A stretch of 64,000 nt of DNA from an uncultured Bacilli bacterium (GCA_934098435.1 CAKOOV010000002.1:22680-86679), one strand, 5' to 3'. Positions 41,577 through 52,560 are shown, counted from the stretch's first letter. Numbers and translations: made by a program. The notes: generated by a model not told the origin, from the sequence alone.

Positions 41577-41592
41577 AAAGCTATTTTTTAAT
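41564..41592. terminator. bidirectional terminator (AAAAATAGC-TAAAAA-GCTATTTTTT)
   Basis: Stem-loop with A-run and T-run flanks between convergent genes. Confidence 0.6.
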
Positions 41593-43107
41593 TTTACTCT
41601 TTAAAAGTCCAAATATTCTAGCAATCAAATTTCTAGCGGACCCACTAATTGCATATAAAATAAGAGATGTAATTACTATTATTAATATAAATATCAATCC
41701 CAATTTAAGTACTGTCATAATAAAACTAACACTAGTACTTAAAAATAAATTTTCTATAGGTTTAAGTATAACAGCTAATAAAACAAATAAAATTATAGAA
41801 ATAATATAATACTTAAGTACATCAAACATCTTAACATTCTTAAATACTCGTTTAGCCACCAAACTAGATTTAAGAAGAATATTAATAAAGAAAGCAATCA
41901 CAGTACCAATAAGTACTCCATCAATACCATAATACTTAACTAATATAATAGATAAAAATAAATTAACAAATGCACATATAAATATATGTCTTTTATTTTC
42001 CTTAAATAAACCATCTGCATTAATAATAGCTACCAAAGGATAATATAAAATATTTAAAAACAATGTTAAGGTAAATAAAACAATAGTAAAATATCCAAGT
42101 ATATAGTTATCCTTTCCAACCCATACCGATACAAAACCCCTTATACCAACCATAAATGTAATACACATACAAAATCCAACAAGCACAAACAAAGCAAAAA
42201 ACTCTTTATACAAAGGATATACCTTATCTTCTTCTTTCTTAGCAAAAACATTTCCAAATGAATATACCGAAGAGAGTTCAACCCTAGAGGCAATCTCATT
42301 CAAAAATCTTAAAATATAATTATATGACGTATAAATACTAACCATTATAGGACCATTAAATCCCATAAGAAGTAAAGCATCAACATTATTAAGAATTAAA
42401 AAACCAACCTGCGTCCAAGCCAAATCCTTAGTCATTTTAACCATCGAAGTATTCTTTCTATCTATTTCATGAAGTTCCGGATATTTCTTTTTAACAACAA
42501 TTCTATTAATAACCTCCTCTAAAATCTTCATAATAAGAATAACAATAGCAATAGACTCAAGTGTTCTAAACTTAACTGTAACAATTACAATTAAAATATC
42601 ACATAAAAGTTTTACACCATTAAATATAAGCGAATAAACATACTTTTCTTGAGCAGCACTAAGTACCGCCATAAAAGTTTGTCCCTTACCAAAATATGAA
42701 ATCAAATAAGAAGTAGATATAATAAAGAAACAAATAAGTGAAGGCAACATATATCCACTTTCAAAATGATAAAATAAATATAATCCTAGTGTTACTAAGC
42801 AAATAATACCCAATATAATAAAGCCTATTATCCTAAATATTTTTCTAGCGCCACCATAAATAGCATTAATATCATTTTTATTCTTCTCTGCAAAAGGTTT
42901 ATATAAACTATATATAACAGCATCAGAAAAACCAGCTTGTGCCAAAAACACATAAGATATAATCTGATTTATCGTTTGATAATAACCATTACCAACATCT
43001 CCAATATAAGTAATCAGTACATTCATCTTAACAAGACCAACAATACCAATTAAAAGATAAGGCAATATATCACACAGCATATTTAAAAATATTTTTTTAG
43101 TTCTCAT
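41581..43107 (-). CDS. MOP-superfamily polysaccharide biosynthesis/flippase protein (Wzx/SpoVB/MurJ-like)
   Basis: About 14 TM helices; Polysacc_synt-like N-terminal region. Confidence 0.7.
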   Translation of the reverse strand: MRTKKIFLNMLCDILPYLLIGIVGLVKMNVLITYIGDVGNGYYQTINQIISYVFLAQAGFSDAVIYSLYKPFAEKNKNDINAIYGGARKIFRIIGFIILGIICLVTLGLYLFYHFESGYMLPSLICFFIISTSYLISYFGKGQTFMAVLSAAQEKYVYSLIFNGVKLLCDILIVIVTVKFRTLESIAIVILIMKILEEVINRIVVKKKYPELHEIDRKNTSMVKMTKDLAWTQVGFLILNNVDALLLMGFNGPIMVSIYTSYNYILRFLNEIASRVELSSVYSFGNVFAKKEEDKVYPLYKEFFALFVLVGFCMCITFMVGIRGFVSVWVGKDNYILGYFTIVLFTLTLFLNILYYPLVAIINADGLFKENKRHIFICAFVNLFLSIILVKYYGIDGVLIGTVIAFFINILLKSSLVAKRVFKNVKMFDVLKYYIISIILFVLLAVILKPIENLFLSTSVSFIMTVLKLGLIFILIIVITSLILYAISGSARNLIARIFGLLKSKIKK

Positions 43108-43172
43108 AAGTACACTTCCCTATATATATAATACCATATTTTAATTTTTATATAAAGAAAAATATATTAATT

Positions 43173-43355
43173 TTACACATCCTTGTTCTCATACATAATT
43201 AAAGCCGTAAAACAATATATCTGTTCTTCTCCATACATAGCACAAGAATTACTAAGTTTAATATCAACAACTTCAGGATTTTCTTCTTCCAAAAACTTAT
43301 TAATATCCTCTTCTAAATCTTTCTCATGTTCCTCATCAAAAACTTTAACTTTCAT
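43173..43355 (-). CDS. cse60: sporulation protein Cse60
   Basis: MKVKVFDEEHEKDLEEDINKFLEE...EQIYCFTALIMYE matches the Cse60 family. Confidence 0.7.
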   Translation of the reverse strand: MKVKVFDEEHEKDLEEDINKFLEEENPEVVDIKLSNSCAMYGEEQIYCFTALIMYENKDV

Positions 43356-43363
43356 ATTATCAC

Positions 43364-43400
43364 CAAAAAAAGTATATAGCCAAATCTATATACTTTTTGT
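43364..43400 (-). terminator. rho-independent terminator after the lipoprotein gene
   Basis: Perfect 9-bp stem AGUAUAUAG/CUAUAUACU followed by UUUUUUU. Confidence 0.6.
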
Positions 43401-43409
43401 CGTATTTTA

Positions 43410-43877
43410 TTATCCTCTTTTTACTTCATAATAAATTTTATTTTCTTCACCATTATCATCAGTATATTCCAAATATAATTTAAAATTAATATTACCAGTA
43501 TCAGAATCAGTATGAATATTTCCTTCAAGTTTAATTTTATCAGAACTATCCTTCCTTAAAGTTACAGGAGCATCAAATATACCAACAGAAGGAAAAGCAT
43601 CTTCATTCATATAATCATGAACAAGCAAAGCCTTTACATTATACATATTTATTTCAGGCTTATCAATAACAATACTATAATCAACTTTTTCAGTATCATC
43701 TTTATTCCTAACAATATTAAAATAAGTATCAAAATCAAGACTATCTTCTTCATCATAAACATCTTGTGATTCCAAGTCATTTTTATATTCTAAATAAGCA
43801 TACTTCTCATTCTCTTCTTTAGTAGAACATCCAGCCAAAAAAAACAAACAAATAATTATAAACAAATACTTTTTCAT
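43410..43877 (-). CDS. hypothetical lipoprotein
   Basis: Signal peptide with lipobox LAGC. Confidence 0.5.
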   Translation of the reverse strand: MKKYLFIIICLFFLAGCSTKEENEKYAYLEYKNDLESQDVYDEEDSLDFDTYFNIVRNKDDTEKVDYSIVIDKPEINMYNVKALLVHDYMNEDAFPSVGIFDAPVTLRKDSSDKIKLEGNIHTDSDTGNINFKLYLEYTDDNGEENKIYYEVKRG

Positions 43878-45094
43878 TTAATTCTTTCCTCAATTCTAAG
43901 TAATCTATTATATTTAGAAGTTCTCTCTCCCCTAGATAAAGATCCAGTTTTAATTTGACCCAAATTAAGTCCCACAGCAAAATCAGCTATATAATTATCT
44001 TCAGTTTCACCACTACGATGAGATATAATAGTTTTATAATTATTATCCTTAGCAAGTTTAATAGTATCAAGCATCTCACTAACAGTACCAATTTGATTAG
44101 GTTTAATCAAAATAGCATTAGCTATTCCCATCTTTATACCATCCTCTAATAACTTTTTATTAGTAACAAACAAATCATCACCAACCAGTTGAATATCCGA
44201 TAATTCTTTTGTCATAAGTTTCCATCCATCATAATCATCTTCTGCCATACCATCTTCTATTGATATAATATGATACTTATCAATAAGCTTTCTATAATAA
44301 CCAATAAGTTCTAAACTACTATAATTTTTACCTTCCACAACATAATATCCATCATGATATATCTCTGAAGCAGCAACATCAAGACCAATAAATATATCTT
44401 CTCCCAAAACATAACCACTTTTATAAATAGCAATACTAATAAGTTCCAAAGCCTCTTCAGCACTAGATATAATAGGAGCAAAACCACCTTCATCGCCTAC
44501 TCCACATAACAAATTTTCTTCTTTAAGAACACTTTTCAAAGTATTAAATACTTCACTCCCCATTCTTAAATTTTCTTTATATTCACTCTTATTAGGAATA
44601 ATCATAAATTCTTGAAAATCAAGATTATTATTAGCATGAACTCCACCATTTAAAATATTCATCATACATCTAGGCATACTATAATCATTTCCTAAATATT
44701 CATAAAGTTCCTTATTATTTTCCAAAGCATTTGCCTTAAGTACAGCAAGTGATACACCAAGCATAGCATTAGCACCCAAATTACTCTTATTAGAAGTACC
44801 ATCTTTATCTATCATAATTTCATCAATTTTTCTTAAATTGTTAGCATCTATGCCAACTATTAAAGGATTAATAATATTATTTACATTACTAACTGCCTTA
44901 AGTACACCTTTACCATGATATCTGTTATTATCATTATCCCTAAGTTCCAAAGCCTCTCTTTTACCAGTAGAAGCCCCGCTAGGAACAGAAGCAATACCCT
45001 TTATTCCAGACTCCAATAAAACCTCAACTTCAACAGTAGGATTTCCTCTAGAATCTAATATTTCTCTAGCATAAACATTACATATCTTACTCAC
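43874..45094 (-). CDS. eno: enolase (phosphopyruvate hydratase), GTG start
   Basis: [17 protein letters not shown]-terminal motif; enolase C-terminal TIM-barrel motifs. Confidence 0.9.
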   Translation of the reverse strand: MSKICNVYAREILDSRGNPTVEVEVLLESGIKGIASVPSGASTGKREALELRDNDNNRYHGKGVLKAVSNVNNIINPLIVGIDANNLRKIDEIMIDKDGTSNKSNLGANAMLGVSLAVLKANALENNKELYEYLGNDYSMPRCMMNILNGGVHANNNLDFQEFMIIPNKSEYKENLRMGSEVFNTLKSVLKEENLLCGVGDEGGFAPIISSAEEALELISIAIYKSGYVLGEDIFIGLDVAASEIYHDGYYVVEGKNYSSLELIGYYRKLIDKYHIISIEDGMAEDDYDGWKLMTKELSDIQLVGDDLFVTNKKLLEDGIKMGIANAILIKPNQIGTVSEMLDTIKLAKDNNYKTIISHRSGETEDNYIADFAVGLNLGQIKTGSLSRGERTSKYNRLLRIEERIK

Positions 45095-45149
45095 TTACAT
45101 ACCCTCCTAGTTAATTATAAAACATAAGTAAAGAAAAATCAAGTCAAGA

Positions 45150-45172
45150 AAAAAAGAACATTTACATGTTCT
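45150..45172 (-). terminator. rho-independent terminator after the KH-domain gene
   Basis: AGAACAU-GUAA-AUGUUCU then UUUUUUU. Confidence 0.6.
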
Positions 45173-45425
45173 AATAAGAGTCAACATTAATTCTAACTAA
45201 TTTATTATCATGATTAAAAGAAGCAGCCTGAACTATAGTTCTTACAGAATTAATAGTCTTACCACCATGACCAATTACTCTAGCCATATCATCACCATTA
45301 ATCATAACCTCAATTAATACAGTATTATCTTCGTCTGACTCAAATTCTTTTACCGATACTGATTCTGAATCATTAACAAGACCTTTAATAATAAGTTCCG
45401 TTAATTCTACTAAACTATTATTCAT
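45171..45425 (-). CDS. KH-domain RNA-binding protein (YlqC-like)
   Basis: VIGHGGKTINSVR GxxG KH motif; immediately after rpsP. Confidence 0.8.
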   Translation of the reverse strand: MNNSLVELTELIIKGLVNDSESVSVKEFESDEDNTVLIEVMINGDDMARVIGHGGKTINSVRTIVQAASFNHDNKLVRINVDSY

Positions 45426-45697
45426 TACTTACCTTGTTTTAAATTATGAAATTTTTCCATAATTCCTGTTTTACTAAATAAATTCTTAACAGTATCAGTT
45501 GGAATAGCACCATTATTAAGCCATTTAATAGCAGCCTCTTCATCAATTTTAATTTCAGCAGGTGTAACTAAAGGATTATAAGTACCAATATTCTCAATAA
45601 ATCTACCATCTCTAGGACTTCTTGAGTCTGCTACAACAACACGATAAAAAGGTGCTTTCTTAGCTCCCATTCTTTTAAGTCTAATCTTAACTGCCAT
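45425..45697 (-). CDS. rpsP: 30S ribosomal protein S16
   Basis: [35 protein letters not shown]. Confidence 0.95.
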   Translation of the reverse strand: MAVKIRLKRMGAKKAPFYRVVVADSRSPRDGRFIENIGTYNPLVTPAEIKIDEEAAIKWLNNGAIPTDTVKNLFSKTGIMEKFHNLKQGK

Positions 45698-45721
45698 ATA
45701 TATCCCTCGCTTTCCTAAAAT

Positions 45722-45771
45722 ATTCTATCACAAAAAAAATATACTGTCAACCATTTTATGTTACAGTATAT
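45722..45771 (-). promoter_or_regulatory. terminator hairpin overlapping a TG-extended sigma-A promoter (-35 TTGACA, 17 nt, -10 TAGAAT) for rpsP
   Basis: 9-bp stem AUAUACUGU/ACAGUAUAU plus U8; reverse complement of 45745..45750 is TTGACA and of 45722..45727 is TAGAAT. Confidence 0.55.
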
Positions 45772-45779
45772 TTATATTA

Positions 45780-46301
45780 TTATAAATTATTCACTATTTT
45801 CTTAACACGCATGCATTTATTATAATCTTTCTTTCTCGAAGTACCCTCTATTACTAATTTAATATTACTATCAAAATCCTCTATATTAATATGATTAAAT
45901 CTTATAACCCTACCAGTTTGAAAAGAATCAAAATTAGATAATTCCAAATACTTTTTACACAAATAAGAAAACTCTTCCTTAGAATAATTATATCCCCTTT
46001 CCAAATAAATAACTTTAGTATAATTAATACCACTATAAGACTCAATAACAAGTATAGGAATATCATCTTAATTTCTATATAAATAACAATAATAATCAAC
46101 CTTACGATTACTACCATTAGAAGCCAAACAATAATAATCATAAGAATTAAGTATATTAACCCTATCATTAGCAGGAATAATTTTATTTATTCTATCCCTA
46201 CTATTATTACCACTATTAACACCACTTCTTCTAACAACAGTATCACAATCAGGCATAGTAAAATTAACAGTAACTAATTTTTCCTTATCATATTCTAGCA
46301 A
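45780..46301 (-). pseudogene. two short TTG-initiated ORF fragments separated by a stop; possible decayed gene remnant (weak GIY-YIG-like hints)
   Basis: No ATG starts; adjacent fragments in the same orientation. Confidence 0.25.
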
Positions 46302-46342
46302 ATCATCCCCCCAAAATTGATAATTATATTACCATATATTAA

Positions 46343-46370
46343 GAAAAAAGCCAAAAAAAAACCACAAAAA
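46343..46370 (-). terminator. rho-independent terminator after the SipW-cognate protein gene
   Basis: CUACAA-UUU-UUGUGG (with a G-U pair) followed by U9. Confidence 0.55.
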
Positions 46371-46379
46371 TTGTAGTTT

Positions 46380-47027
46380 TTAATCACCATTAGCCTTAAT
46401 ACCATTAACAGTACCAGTAAGCATACTACCATCAACAGAAGAATAAGTAACAACAGCACTATAAGTACCTGCATCTTCTTTTTCCTGTGCATCATCCAAA
46501 TTACTAAGCCATACAACAAGCTTAAAATTCTTAGTAGTAGGACTAATTTCCGTACCTTCACCTAATATAAAGTGTTCTCCTAATGACAAATCAGAAGAAA
46601 TACCATTAGGTATAGAAGTTTTATCTAAATAAATATTATCATTATCATCTAATATCATATAACTAAGATGTTCTATATTATTAACAGTAAAATTAATCTT
46701 GCCAATAACATCTTGCTCACGAGAAAAATTAGATAAAGTAAAATCGAAAACATTACAAGCACCATAACCATTATCATCAATACAATTATGTTTATAAGCA
46801 ATCATAATATCCTCATCTCTAGTAGGAATAAGTTTAATACCAGAAGTCATATCAGATACACCAAGTCCAAGTTGAACACGACCAGCAGAGACAGATACAG
46901 CATTAAGCTTACTTTTATTACTAACCGTAAAATAAGAAAAAGTAGCACCGACAAGTAAAATACCAACACTAAGAATTGTCGTAAAAAGCAAAAATTTATT
47001 AACCTTACCACTATCCATATCTATCAT
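46380..47027 (-). CDS. secreted protein with SipW-cognate class signal peptide (TasA/camelysin-like)
   Basis: N-terminal hydrophobic segment ending in LLVGATFSYFT. Confidence 0.6.
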   Translation of the reverse strand: MIDMDSGKVNKFLLFTTILSVGILLVGATFSYFTVSNKSKLNAVSVSAGRVQLGLGVSDMTSGIKLIPTRDEDIMIAYKHNCIDDNGYGACNVFDFTLSNFSREQDVIGKINFTVNNIEHLSYMILDDNDNIYLDKTSIPNGISSDLSLGEHFILGEGTEISPTTKNFKLVVWLSNLDDAQEKEDAGTYSAVVTYSSVDGSMLTGTVNGIKANGD

Positions 47028-47088
47028 CCCTTACTATAAATATAATACCAAATAATTAATATTTTTGCAATATAAAAAGTAAAGAATT

Positions 47089-48384
47089 TTACTCCCTTAC
47101 TTTTAAAATATTACATATCTCATCGATATTATCCATATTAATTTCAGTACTAAGACTATTAGCCATATCCTTAATTTCAATTATACCACTAGCAATCTCA
47201 TCTTCACCAATAATAATAACATAAGGAATATTATTCTTATCAGCCTTTTCTAAAATCTTACCAAGCTTTTTACCTTTCATTTCAATAAGTACATTAATAT
47301 CATTATTTCTAAGTTTACTAGCAAATTTTAAACACTCAACATTAGTATTCATAGGAATAATAAGAACATCATATAAAGATTCATCATAATCATTTTCAAG
47401 AATTTCACATATAGGAACAATACCAAAAGATATACCAACAGCGGGATAACTATTACCATCATCAATAAAATTAGTAATAATCTTATCATATCTACCGCCA
47501 CCGCCTAAAGCACAAGTAAGTCTTTGCTTCTTATCAAATACTTCCCATATCGTACCAGTATAAATCTCCAGTCCTCTAGCCAAATATGGTGTAAACTTAC
47601 ACTCAGTAAGACCAAGTTTATCAATATAATCAAATAATTCACTTATTTCATTTTTTCCTTGAATAAACATATCATTATCAATAGTAAGCTTAGCAATATC
47701 ATTTATAGATAATTTAAAATAGTCAAATAACTTATCAAGTTGTGAAGAAGAAATATCAAATTCTTTAAGTTCATCTCTAACACCATCTTCACCAATTTTA
47801 GCAAGCTTATCAACAGATAAAATAACATTATTAATAATATCATCATTAATTCCAGCAGCACTAATAAGTCCTTGTAATAATTTTCTATTATTAATTTCAA
47901 TATAAATATCAATACCAAGTTTTTTGTAGCAGGAAACAGTCATTTCAAGCATTTCAGCTTCAATATAAGAACCAGAAATACCGCATACATCAACATCACA
48001 TTGATAAAATTCCCTTGCTCTACCACTTTTAACAGGACCATCTCTAAATACCTTACCAACTTCATATCTCTTAAAAGGTAAACTGATATTTTTATTAACA
48101 TTCATACTAATAACCTTAGCAAAAGGTACCGTAAGATCATATCTAAGACCAAGTTTCCTATCCCCTTGATCATTTAAAGTATATACTTCCTTTAAAATTT
48201 CACTACCACCAGCATACTTACTAGCAAGTAAATCATAATAACATAAAATACTACTATCAAGAGGTAAATAACCATATTTTTCAAAAGTATTAGTAAGTAC
48301 ATTAACCACATTTCTTTTAATAATTTCTTTATTAGGTAAATTATCTGAAGTTCCTTTAACATTCATAAGTTTCATATATCTCAC
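47089..48384 (-). CDS. hisS: histidyl-tRNA synthetase
   Basis: Class II aaRS motifs; HisRS length and C-terminal anticodon-binding domain. Confidence 0.9.
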   Translation of the reverse strand: MRYMKLMNVKGTSDNLPNKEIIKRNVVNVLTNTFEKYGYLPLDSSILCYYDLLASKYAGGSEILKEVYTLNDQGDRKLGLRYDLTVPFAKVISMNVNKNISLPFKRYEVGKVFRDGPVKSGRAREFYQCDVDVCGISGSYIEAEMLEMTVSCYKKLGIDIYIEINNRKLLQGLISAAGINDDIINNVILSVDKLAKIGEDGVRDELKEFDISSSQLDKLFDYFKLSINDIAKLTIDNDMFIQGKNEISELFDYIDKLGLTECKFTPYLARGLEIYTGTIWEVFDKKQRLTCALGGGGRYDKIITNFIDDGNSYPAVGISFGIVPICEILENDYDESLYDVLIIPMNTNVECLKFASKLRNNDINVLIEMKGKKLGKILEKADKNNIPYVIIIGEDEIASGIIEIKDMANSLSTEINMDNIDEICNILKVRE

Positions 48385-48386
48385 CT

Positions 48387-48899
48387 CTATTCCTTAACTT
48401 TATATCTCATCTTAAAATTAACTTTAGTTAAATCCATCAAATCAGTAATCGTAACATAATCACACTCTTTACCAGAATCAGAAAACTTAACCGAAATACC
48501 GCCTTTATGAGCCCAATAATCCAAATTAGGTATAAAATCATCAACTAAAATAATACCTTTAGGATTAGTAAAATCAGCCTTTTCTATAGATTTAGGCACA
48601 ACATTAACTTTAATTCCAGGTAACATCTTATTAAAATACTTAATTTTAGAAATGCCCTCATTTTCAGAATTAACATGCGTAAGTATTTCAATATCATAAT
48701 AATTACATAAATCTTTTATCTTATCTATAGAATTATCTATTTGACCACATTCATCTATATATTCATCCCAATCCAATTTAGAAAAATATATACTAGTAGC
48801 CTCAGCAGTATTAATACCAAGTTCTTTTAACTTCTCATATATTCTTTTAGAAACAGTATCTAAAATAACACCATCACAATCTAAATATAATTTTTGCAT
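48387..48899 (-). CDS. HAD-superfamily 5'(3')-deoxyribonucleotidase-like hydrolase
   Basis: LYLDCDGVI DxDGV motif I. Confidence 0.6.
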   Translation of the reverse strand: MQKLYLDCDGVILDTVSKRIYEKLKELGINTAEATSIYFSKLDWDEYIDECGQIDNSIDKIKDLCNYYDIEILTHVNSENEGISKIKYFNKMLPGIKVNVVPKSIEKADFTNPKGIILVDDFIPNLDYWAHKGGISVKFSDSGKECDYVTITDLMDLTKVNFKMRYKVKE

Positions 48900-48908
48900 A
48901 AAACACCC

Positions 48909-49448
48909 CTAATCTAAAATAGAATTAACCTCTTCACTTCCACTATAAAATTCTACAATTTTCTTATCTAAAATCTTAACAATAGTAGGATTTTTCACTT
49001 TTAAATCACTAATATCATCCACTATTCCAGAAGGTTCACCAACATAATTACTATTAAAACCATCATTCAAATCCACTCTATATACCTTACTAGACAAACC
49101 ATCCACATTATTACTAATATTATCATTCTTATCACTACTATCATAATAGTAGACATAATATTCATTATCACTTTGATTCAAAGTATCCACTGCTAATATT
49201 TTATTAGAAACAGTACTATCACTATTAGTATCACTACTAGTATCATCTTTCTTATCAAACCAAGAAAAATCTTTAGTAATAAACAATCCAGTAATCAAAT
49301 ATAAAACACCAAATACTAATACAAGTACACCCAATATAATCAATAAAGTTTTAGGTTTAAGTTCATTAGCTTCCTTTTTCTTAATTTGCACTTCCTTAAC
49401 ATTTCTTCCTTCTTTTTTAGCTTGTTTTCTTTTAAGTTCTCTTCCCAT
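48909..49448 (-). CDS. hypothetical membrane-anchored protein
   Basis: Lys-rich N-terminus followed by a TM helix. Confidence 0.45.
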   Translation of the reverse strand: MGRELKRKQAKKEGRNVKEVQIKKKEANELKPKTLLIILGVLVLVFGVLYLITGLFITKDFSWFDKKDDTSSDTNSDSTVSNKILAVDTLNQSDNEYYVYYYDSSDKNDNISNNVDGLSSKVYRVDLNDGFNSNYVGEPSGIVDDISDLKVKNPTIVKILDKKIVEFYSGSEEVNSILD

Positions 49449-49496
49449 TTATAAACACCTCCTAATAATTATAATATATAAATCAAACTTTGTAAA

Positions 49497-50258
49497 TTAA
49501 TAAAATACATTCTTTAAATATAATCCTTCAGGATTAGCCGTTTTACCAGCAGTTCTTCTATCCTCATTATGAAGAATACTAATAATTTCCTCACTCTTTC
49601 TCTTGCCCTCACCAACTTCAATCAAAAGACCAACCATATTTCTTACCATATATCTCAAAAAACCAGTACCAACAAAAATCAAAGTAATTTTATTCAAATC
49701 TTTAGGGTCCCTAATAAGATTAGTTTGAGATATCGTTCTAACATAATCATCTTTTTCCTCATCACACTTTGTAAAAGACTTAAAATTATGTGTTCCCTCA
49801 AAATACTTCATAGCCCTTTCCATCTCAACAACATCAAGCTTCTTATTATGCTGATAAACATAATTTCTCTCTAATGGATTATACTCTCCAACATTAAGAA
49901 TATACATATATTCCTTACCAATAGCAGAAAATCTAGCATGAAAATTATCATTAACCTCTTCTACTTTCTTAATAAATATATCTTCCGGTAGTAGACTATT
50001 AAGCCCCTTAGCAAGTTTTTCAACCGTTATTTTAGTATCCAGATCAAAATGTATCTTCTGATTAATAGCATGAACTCCAGCATCAGTTCTACCCGAAGCA
50101 TGAATATCAATTTTCTTACCACCACTAATTTCTTTCAATGCCTTTTCAATCTCTCCTTGTACAGTTCTTTGTTTAGGCTGCTTCTGATAACCACTAAATA
50201 AAGTACCATCATAACTAACTGTAATTAAATATCTCATATAATACCTCCTAATAAACAA
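49497..50258 (-). CDS. truA: tRNA pseudouridine(38-40) synthase
   Basis: TruA motifs (GRTDAGVHA); follows the ECF module. Confidence 0.9.
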   Translation of the reverse strand: MFIRRYYMRYLITVSYDGTLFSGYQKQPKQRTVQGEIEKALKEISGGKKIDIHASGRTDAGVHAINQKIHFDLDTKITVEKLAKGLNSLLPEDIFIKKVEEVNDNFHARFSAIGKEYMYILNVGEYNPLERNYVYQHNKKLDVVEMERAMKYFEGTHNFKSFTKCDEEKDDYVRTISQTNLIRDPKDLNKITLIFVGTGFLRYMVRNMVGLLIEVGEGKRKSEEIISILHNEDRRTAGKTANPEGLYLKNVFY

Positions 50259-50988
50259 TTACAACAATAAGTATAAGAATATTCAAAATTAACAAAAATG
50301 TATCAATATTTTTCCATTTAAAAACCTTATAACTACTTCTAGACTTACTATAATTATATAACCTAAGATCCATAACATTAGCACTTTCCTCTGCTCTTTT
50401 TAAAGATAAAGTAAACATAGGAACTAACATCTTACCAATAATATTAATCTTACCAACTAAATTTTCCTTATCAAAATCCATCCCTCTTAATTTTTGTGCT
50501 CTAATAATCCTATTATATTCCTCAATTAAAGTAGGAATATACCTAAGTGTCAAAGTAATCACCATAGAAATATCATTAACAGGAATAAATTCATTAAAAG
50601 GATTAAGCAGCCTACTAATACCATACACAATCTCCGTCATCTTAGTAGTATAAGTAAAAATACTAGCATAAATAACAATAAAAATAAGCTTAAACAAATC
50701 AAAAACAATTCTATCAATACCAGTAAAAAATATAAGATTAATAATAAGTATAAATATCAAAAATAACCTAATACTACGAATATTCTTATAATATAACTTT
50801 ATATCAATATCACTATATATCATACAAAGTATTAAATAAAAACCAAGCATAATAATATCATCATAACTATCAATAAAAAATACACTAATAACCATAATAA
50901 TAACAGACAAAACTTTAAATAAAGGATTAAGTCTATATATAACAGAATCATTTGGAATATATTTACCAATACAAACATCACTTAACAT
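50248..50988 (-). CDS. ecfT: ECF transporter transmembrane (T) component
   Basis: Polytopic membrane protein; ecfA1-ecfA2-ecfT-truA order. Confidence 0.85.
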   Translation of the reverse strand: MLSDVCIGKYIPNDSVIYRLNPLFKVLSVIIMVISVFFIDSYDDIIMLGFYLILCMIYSDIDIKLYYKNIRSIRLFLIFILIINLIFFTGIDRIVFDLFKLIFIVIYASIFTYTTKMTEIVYGISRLLNPFNEFIPVNDISMVITLTLRYIPTLIEEYNRIIRAQKLRGMDFDKENLVGKINIIGKMLVPMFTLSLKRAEESANVMDLRLYNYSKSRSSYKVFKWKNIDTFLLILNILILIVVIVY

Positions 50989-51760
50989 TACGATATATAT
51001 CCTTCATAAGTTCTTTTATATCAAAAGTATATTCCAAATTAGCATTATATTTTTTATTAGCACTACTTATAAACTCAGTAATTCTAGGTACATAAACATT
51101 AGCATTTTTAAACTTACTAATATTATCCACTAAATCCCTTCTATTACCAGATAATACCATCTTACCATTTTTTAACAAAACATAATTATCAGTCACTTTT
51201 ATTAAGAATTGAGTATTAGAAGAAAAAATAATAATTGTTTTCTTATATCTATTACATAACTTCTTAAGTAATTTAATTAAATGATTACATCTATAATTAT
51301 CCAAACTAATACTAGGATCATCAATAATAATAACCTTAGGATTAAGTATAAGAATCGTCGCCAAAGCTAAAGCCACTTTTTCTCCACTAGAAAGAGTAAA
51401 AGGATTTCTATTCAAATAAGACATAGGAAGATTAACCATTTTAAGAACTTCTTCTATTCTCTTATCGACTTCATCAATCCTATAATTATATCTCTTAATA
51501 CCAAAAATCAATTCTTCTTTTACAGTCTCAAAAATAAAAGCTTCCTCAGGTCTTTGAAAAACATAACCAATATCCCTATTTTTATAAATACTATCAATAT
51601 TACCAGTATAATCATCTATAACACCACTAAGAATATAACTAAGAAGCGTCTTCCCGCTATTAGAGGACCCAATAACAGTAGTAATTTTTCCATCTTCAAA
51701 ATCATAACTAATATTCTTAATTTTATCTTTATATGAAACATCTTCTAACCTTATCCCCAT
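50978..51760 (-). CDS. ecfA2: ECF transporter ATPase component 2
   Basis: Walker A GSSNSGKT; LSSGEK signature. Confidence 0.85.
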   Translation of the reverse strand: MGIRLEDVSYKDKIKNISYDFEDGKITTVIGSSNSGKTLLSYILSGVIDDYTGNIDSIYKNRDIGYVFQRPEEAFIFETVKEELIFGIKRYNYRIDEVDKRIEEVLKMVNLPMSYLNRNPFTLSSGEKVALALATILILNPKVIIIDDPSISLDNYRCNHLIKLLKKLCNRYKKTIIIFSSNTQFLIKVTDNYVLLKNGKMVLSGNRRDLVDNISKFKNANVYVPRITEFISSANKKYNANLEYTFDIKELMKDIYRNVK

Positions 51761-52560
51761 AATTTCTTCATAACCTCCACATCATCAAAATAAACCTTAT
51801 CTAATACATCGTATAATATAAGATTATGTGATAGTTTAACAATAAAAGGAAGATTAAACCCCATTTTTTCCAAAGTATCGTCCTTATAAATATCCTCACG
51901 TGTACCATCTAAAACAATACTACCATTGTCTAAAACAATTATTCTATCAGCTTTCAAAGTATCCTCTAAATCATGTGTAATAAGAATAATAGTAAGTTTT
52001 TCCTTTCGTTTATATTCATCAAGAATTTTAAATACAAGTTTCTTGTCACTAGGAATGAGTTTATGAATCGATTCATCAAGTAAAAGAATCTTCGGATTAA
52101 AAATAAGACTACTAGCAATCATAACCTTTTCTTTTTCAGAATCATTAATCTTTTCAGAAGACTTATCAAGAATATCATCTATCTTAAATTTCTTAGCTAT
52201 ATTATTAACCATATTTTCAATTTCTTTAGGAAAGTATCCTAAATTTTCCAATGAAAAAGCCAAATCATCAAAAACAGTATCACCAATAAAATGTTCATCA
52301 GCATCATCAAAGCAAATAGCTAAACTTCTTCTAACCTTTTTAATATAAGTATCATTAAGTAAATAACCATCAACATTAATATATCCAGAAGCCTTACATA
52401 GCCCTCCTAATATTTTAACAAGTGTACTTTTTCCAGAAGCATTTTTTCCAATTAGGCAAACAAAAGAATTAGTATCAATATCCATATCAAAATCCTTAAA
52501 TATATATTTATCATCATATTTAAATGACATACTTTTAACTTTAACAATACTCTTATCCAT
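51751..52560 (-). CDS. ecfA1: ECF transporter ATPase component 1
   Basis: Walker A GKNASGKST; ABC signature. Confidence 0.85.
   Translation of the reverse strand: MDKSIVKVKSMSFKYDDKYIFKDFDMDIDTNSFVCLIGKNASGKSTLVKILGGLCKASGYINVDGYLLNDTYIKKVRRSLAICFDDADEHFIGDTVFDDLAFSLENLGYFPKEIENMVNNIAKKFKIDDILDKSSEKINDSEKEKVMIASSLIFNPKILLLDESIHKLIPSDKKLVFKILDEYKRKEKLTIILITHDLEDTLKADRIIVLDNGSIVLDGTREDIYKDDTLEKMGFNLPFIVKLSHNLILYDVLDKVYFDDVEVMKKLWG

Noticed and set aside
43183-43431. Plus-strand 82-aa ORF overlapping cse60
   Set aside because: It is antisense to the well-matching Cse60 ORF, with no RBS and Ser-rich low complexity.
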